Assembly (NCBI GenBank): GCA_943354875.1
Contig: CALRDJ010000002.1
Location: 1 to 44,809 of the forward strand
Source of the DNA: Candidatus Levybacteria bacterium GW2011_GWA1_37_16
GTDB taxonomy: Bacteria; Patescibacteriota; Microgenomatia; Levybacterales; UBA12049
Direction: 5' to 3'
Length of the DNA stretch: 44,809 nucleotides
Shown: positions 44,562 to 44,809 of the stretch, piece by piece
How the letters are laid out: each line of letters begins with the position of its first letter
Numbering within the stretch: the stretch's first letter is position 1
Position numbers and translations under genes: made by a program
The notes under the pieces: generated by a model
Told to the model about the DNA's origin: nothing
What the model saw: the letters and a program-made list of their open reading frames with translations, nothing else
The model's database searches: none

Positions 44562-44589
44562 TACACTAGATTATAACACGATATCCTAG

Positions 44590-44809
44590 CTATCTGGAGG
44601 CTCGAGGGGTAAATACTATACCTGAGGCCACAAGTGGATACCCATCAGACTTCGGCCATAAATCGATTTCCAGTTCTTTTGCCTCGCGAAATCTTCCCAC
44701 TACGACCATTCGACCAGAGCTCGCCTCATCTGAGCACTCCACATATTTACCTTGTAACAGCGGTTTTCCTGTTCTCTGCTGATGCGCAGCATCTAATTGA
44801 ATCCATACC
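44590..44809 (-). CDS. C-terminal fragment of an unidentified protein (start outside the window)
   Basis: The minus-strand frame is open from the window edge to TAG (44592-44590): ...LLQGKYVECSDEASSGRMVVVGRFREAKELEIDLWPKSDGYPLVASGIVFTPRASR. It is absent from the ORF track because it has no start codon in the window. Confidence 0.4.
   Translation of the reverse strand, partial: VWIQLDAAHQQRTGKPLLQGKYVECSDEASSGRMVVVGRFREAKELEIDLWPKSDGYPLVASGIVFTPRASR

Noticed and set aside
1-44809. Alternative genetic code (UGA recoding), CRISPR arrays, tRNA or rRNA genes, transposases, integrases and prophage genes.
   Set aside because: TGA terminates purB, purM and the cupredoxin-fusion gene at the expected lengths. 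I found no repeat-spacer periodicity, no tRNA-like T-loop/acceptor pattern in the intergenic regions, and no recombinase-like ORF.

Overview
This is a 44.8 kb, low-GC (roughly 40% by eye) bacterial chromosomal segment. It is densely packed, mostly with housekeeping genes, and has small-genome traits such as short ValRS and IMPDH, fused or split enzymes and many orphan proteins. A Patescibacteria/CPR-like origin is only an inference. The genetic code is standard, since TGA terminates conserved genes at the expected lengths. Left to right the window holds: a metal-handling cluster (copA 3' fragment, CDF transporter, membrane-cupredoxin fusion, copZ); a SET-domain protein with a divergent small basic ORF; an HxlR/FMN-reductase pair; a DEAD-box helicase; a Nudix-like gene; DUF378; msrA; a GT4 glycosyltransferase with orphan neighbours; rpoD-dnaG; a frameshifted gluconokinase-like gene; coaBC; a Cof-type HAD; a long purine operon (purB-purK-purE-purC, a large-type purL without its glutaminase, purQ, two HAD-like genes, purM, an alpha/beta hydrolase); convergent guaA; a long divergent purA; a CBS-less guaB; a kinase-phosphatase fusion gene; comM; a polytopic membrane protein; a P2-type ATPase; ruvC-ruvA-ruvB; rplY; a TPR-like gene; and valS. 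I saw no rRNA, tRNA, CRISPR array, transposase or integrase. Three signals are not explained by the ORF track. (1) An unannotated SAM-I (S-box) riboswitch on the minus strand (32733-32883) has its own promoter and a terminator that sequesters the RBS. It controls a P-loop kinase / histidine-phosphatase fusion that is not a classical S-box regulon member. (2) There is a family of palindromic repeats. The GTCAT...ATGAC hairpin elements lie in intergenic regions, and two related longer copies are inserted in frame into valS. The CTGCC-N-GGCAG mini-palindromes encode LPxGRQ inside purL and a hydrolase gene and also occur in 5' leaders. (3) Sigma70-type promoters with the -10 box only 5-9 nt from the start codon are pervasive, implying leaderless mRNAs, and Shine-Dalgarno motifs are nearly absent.
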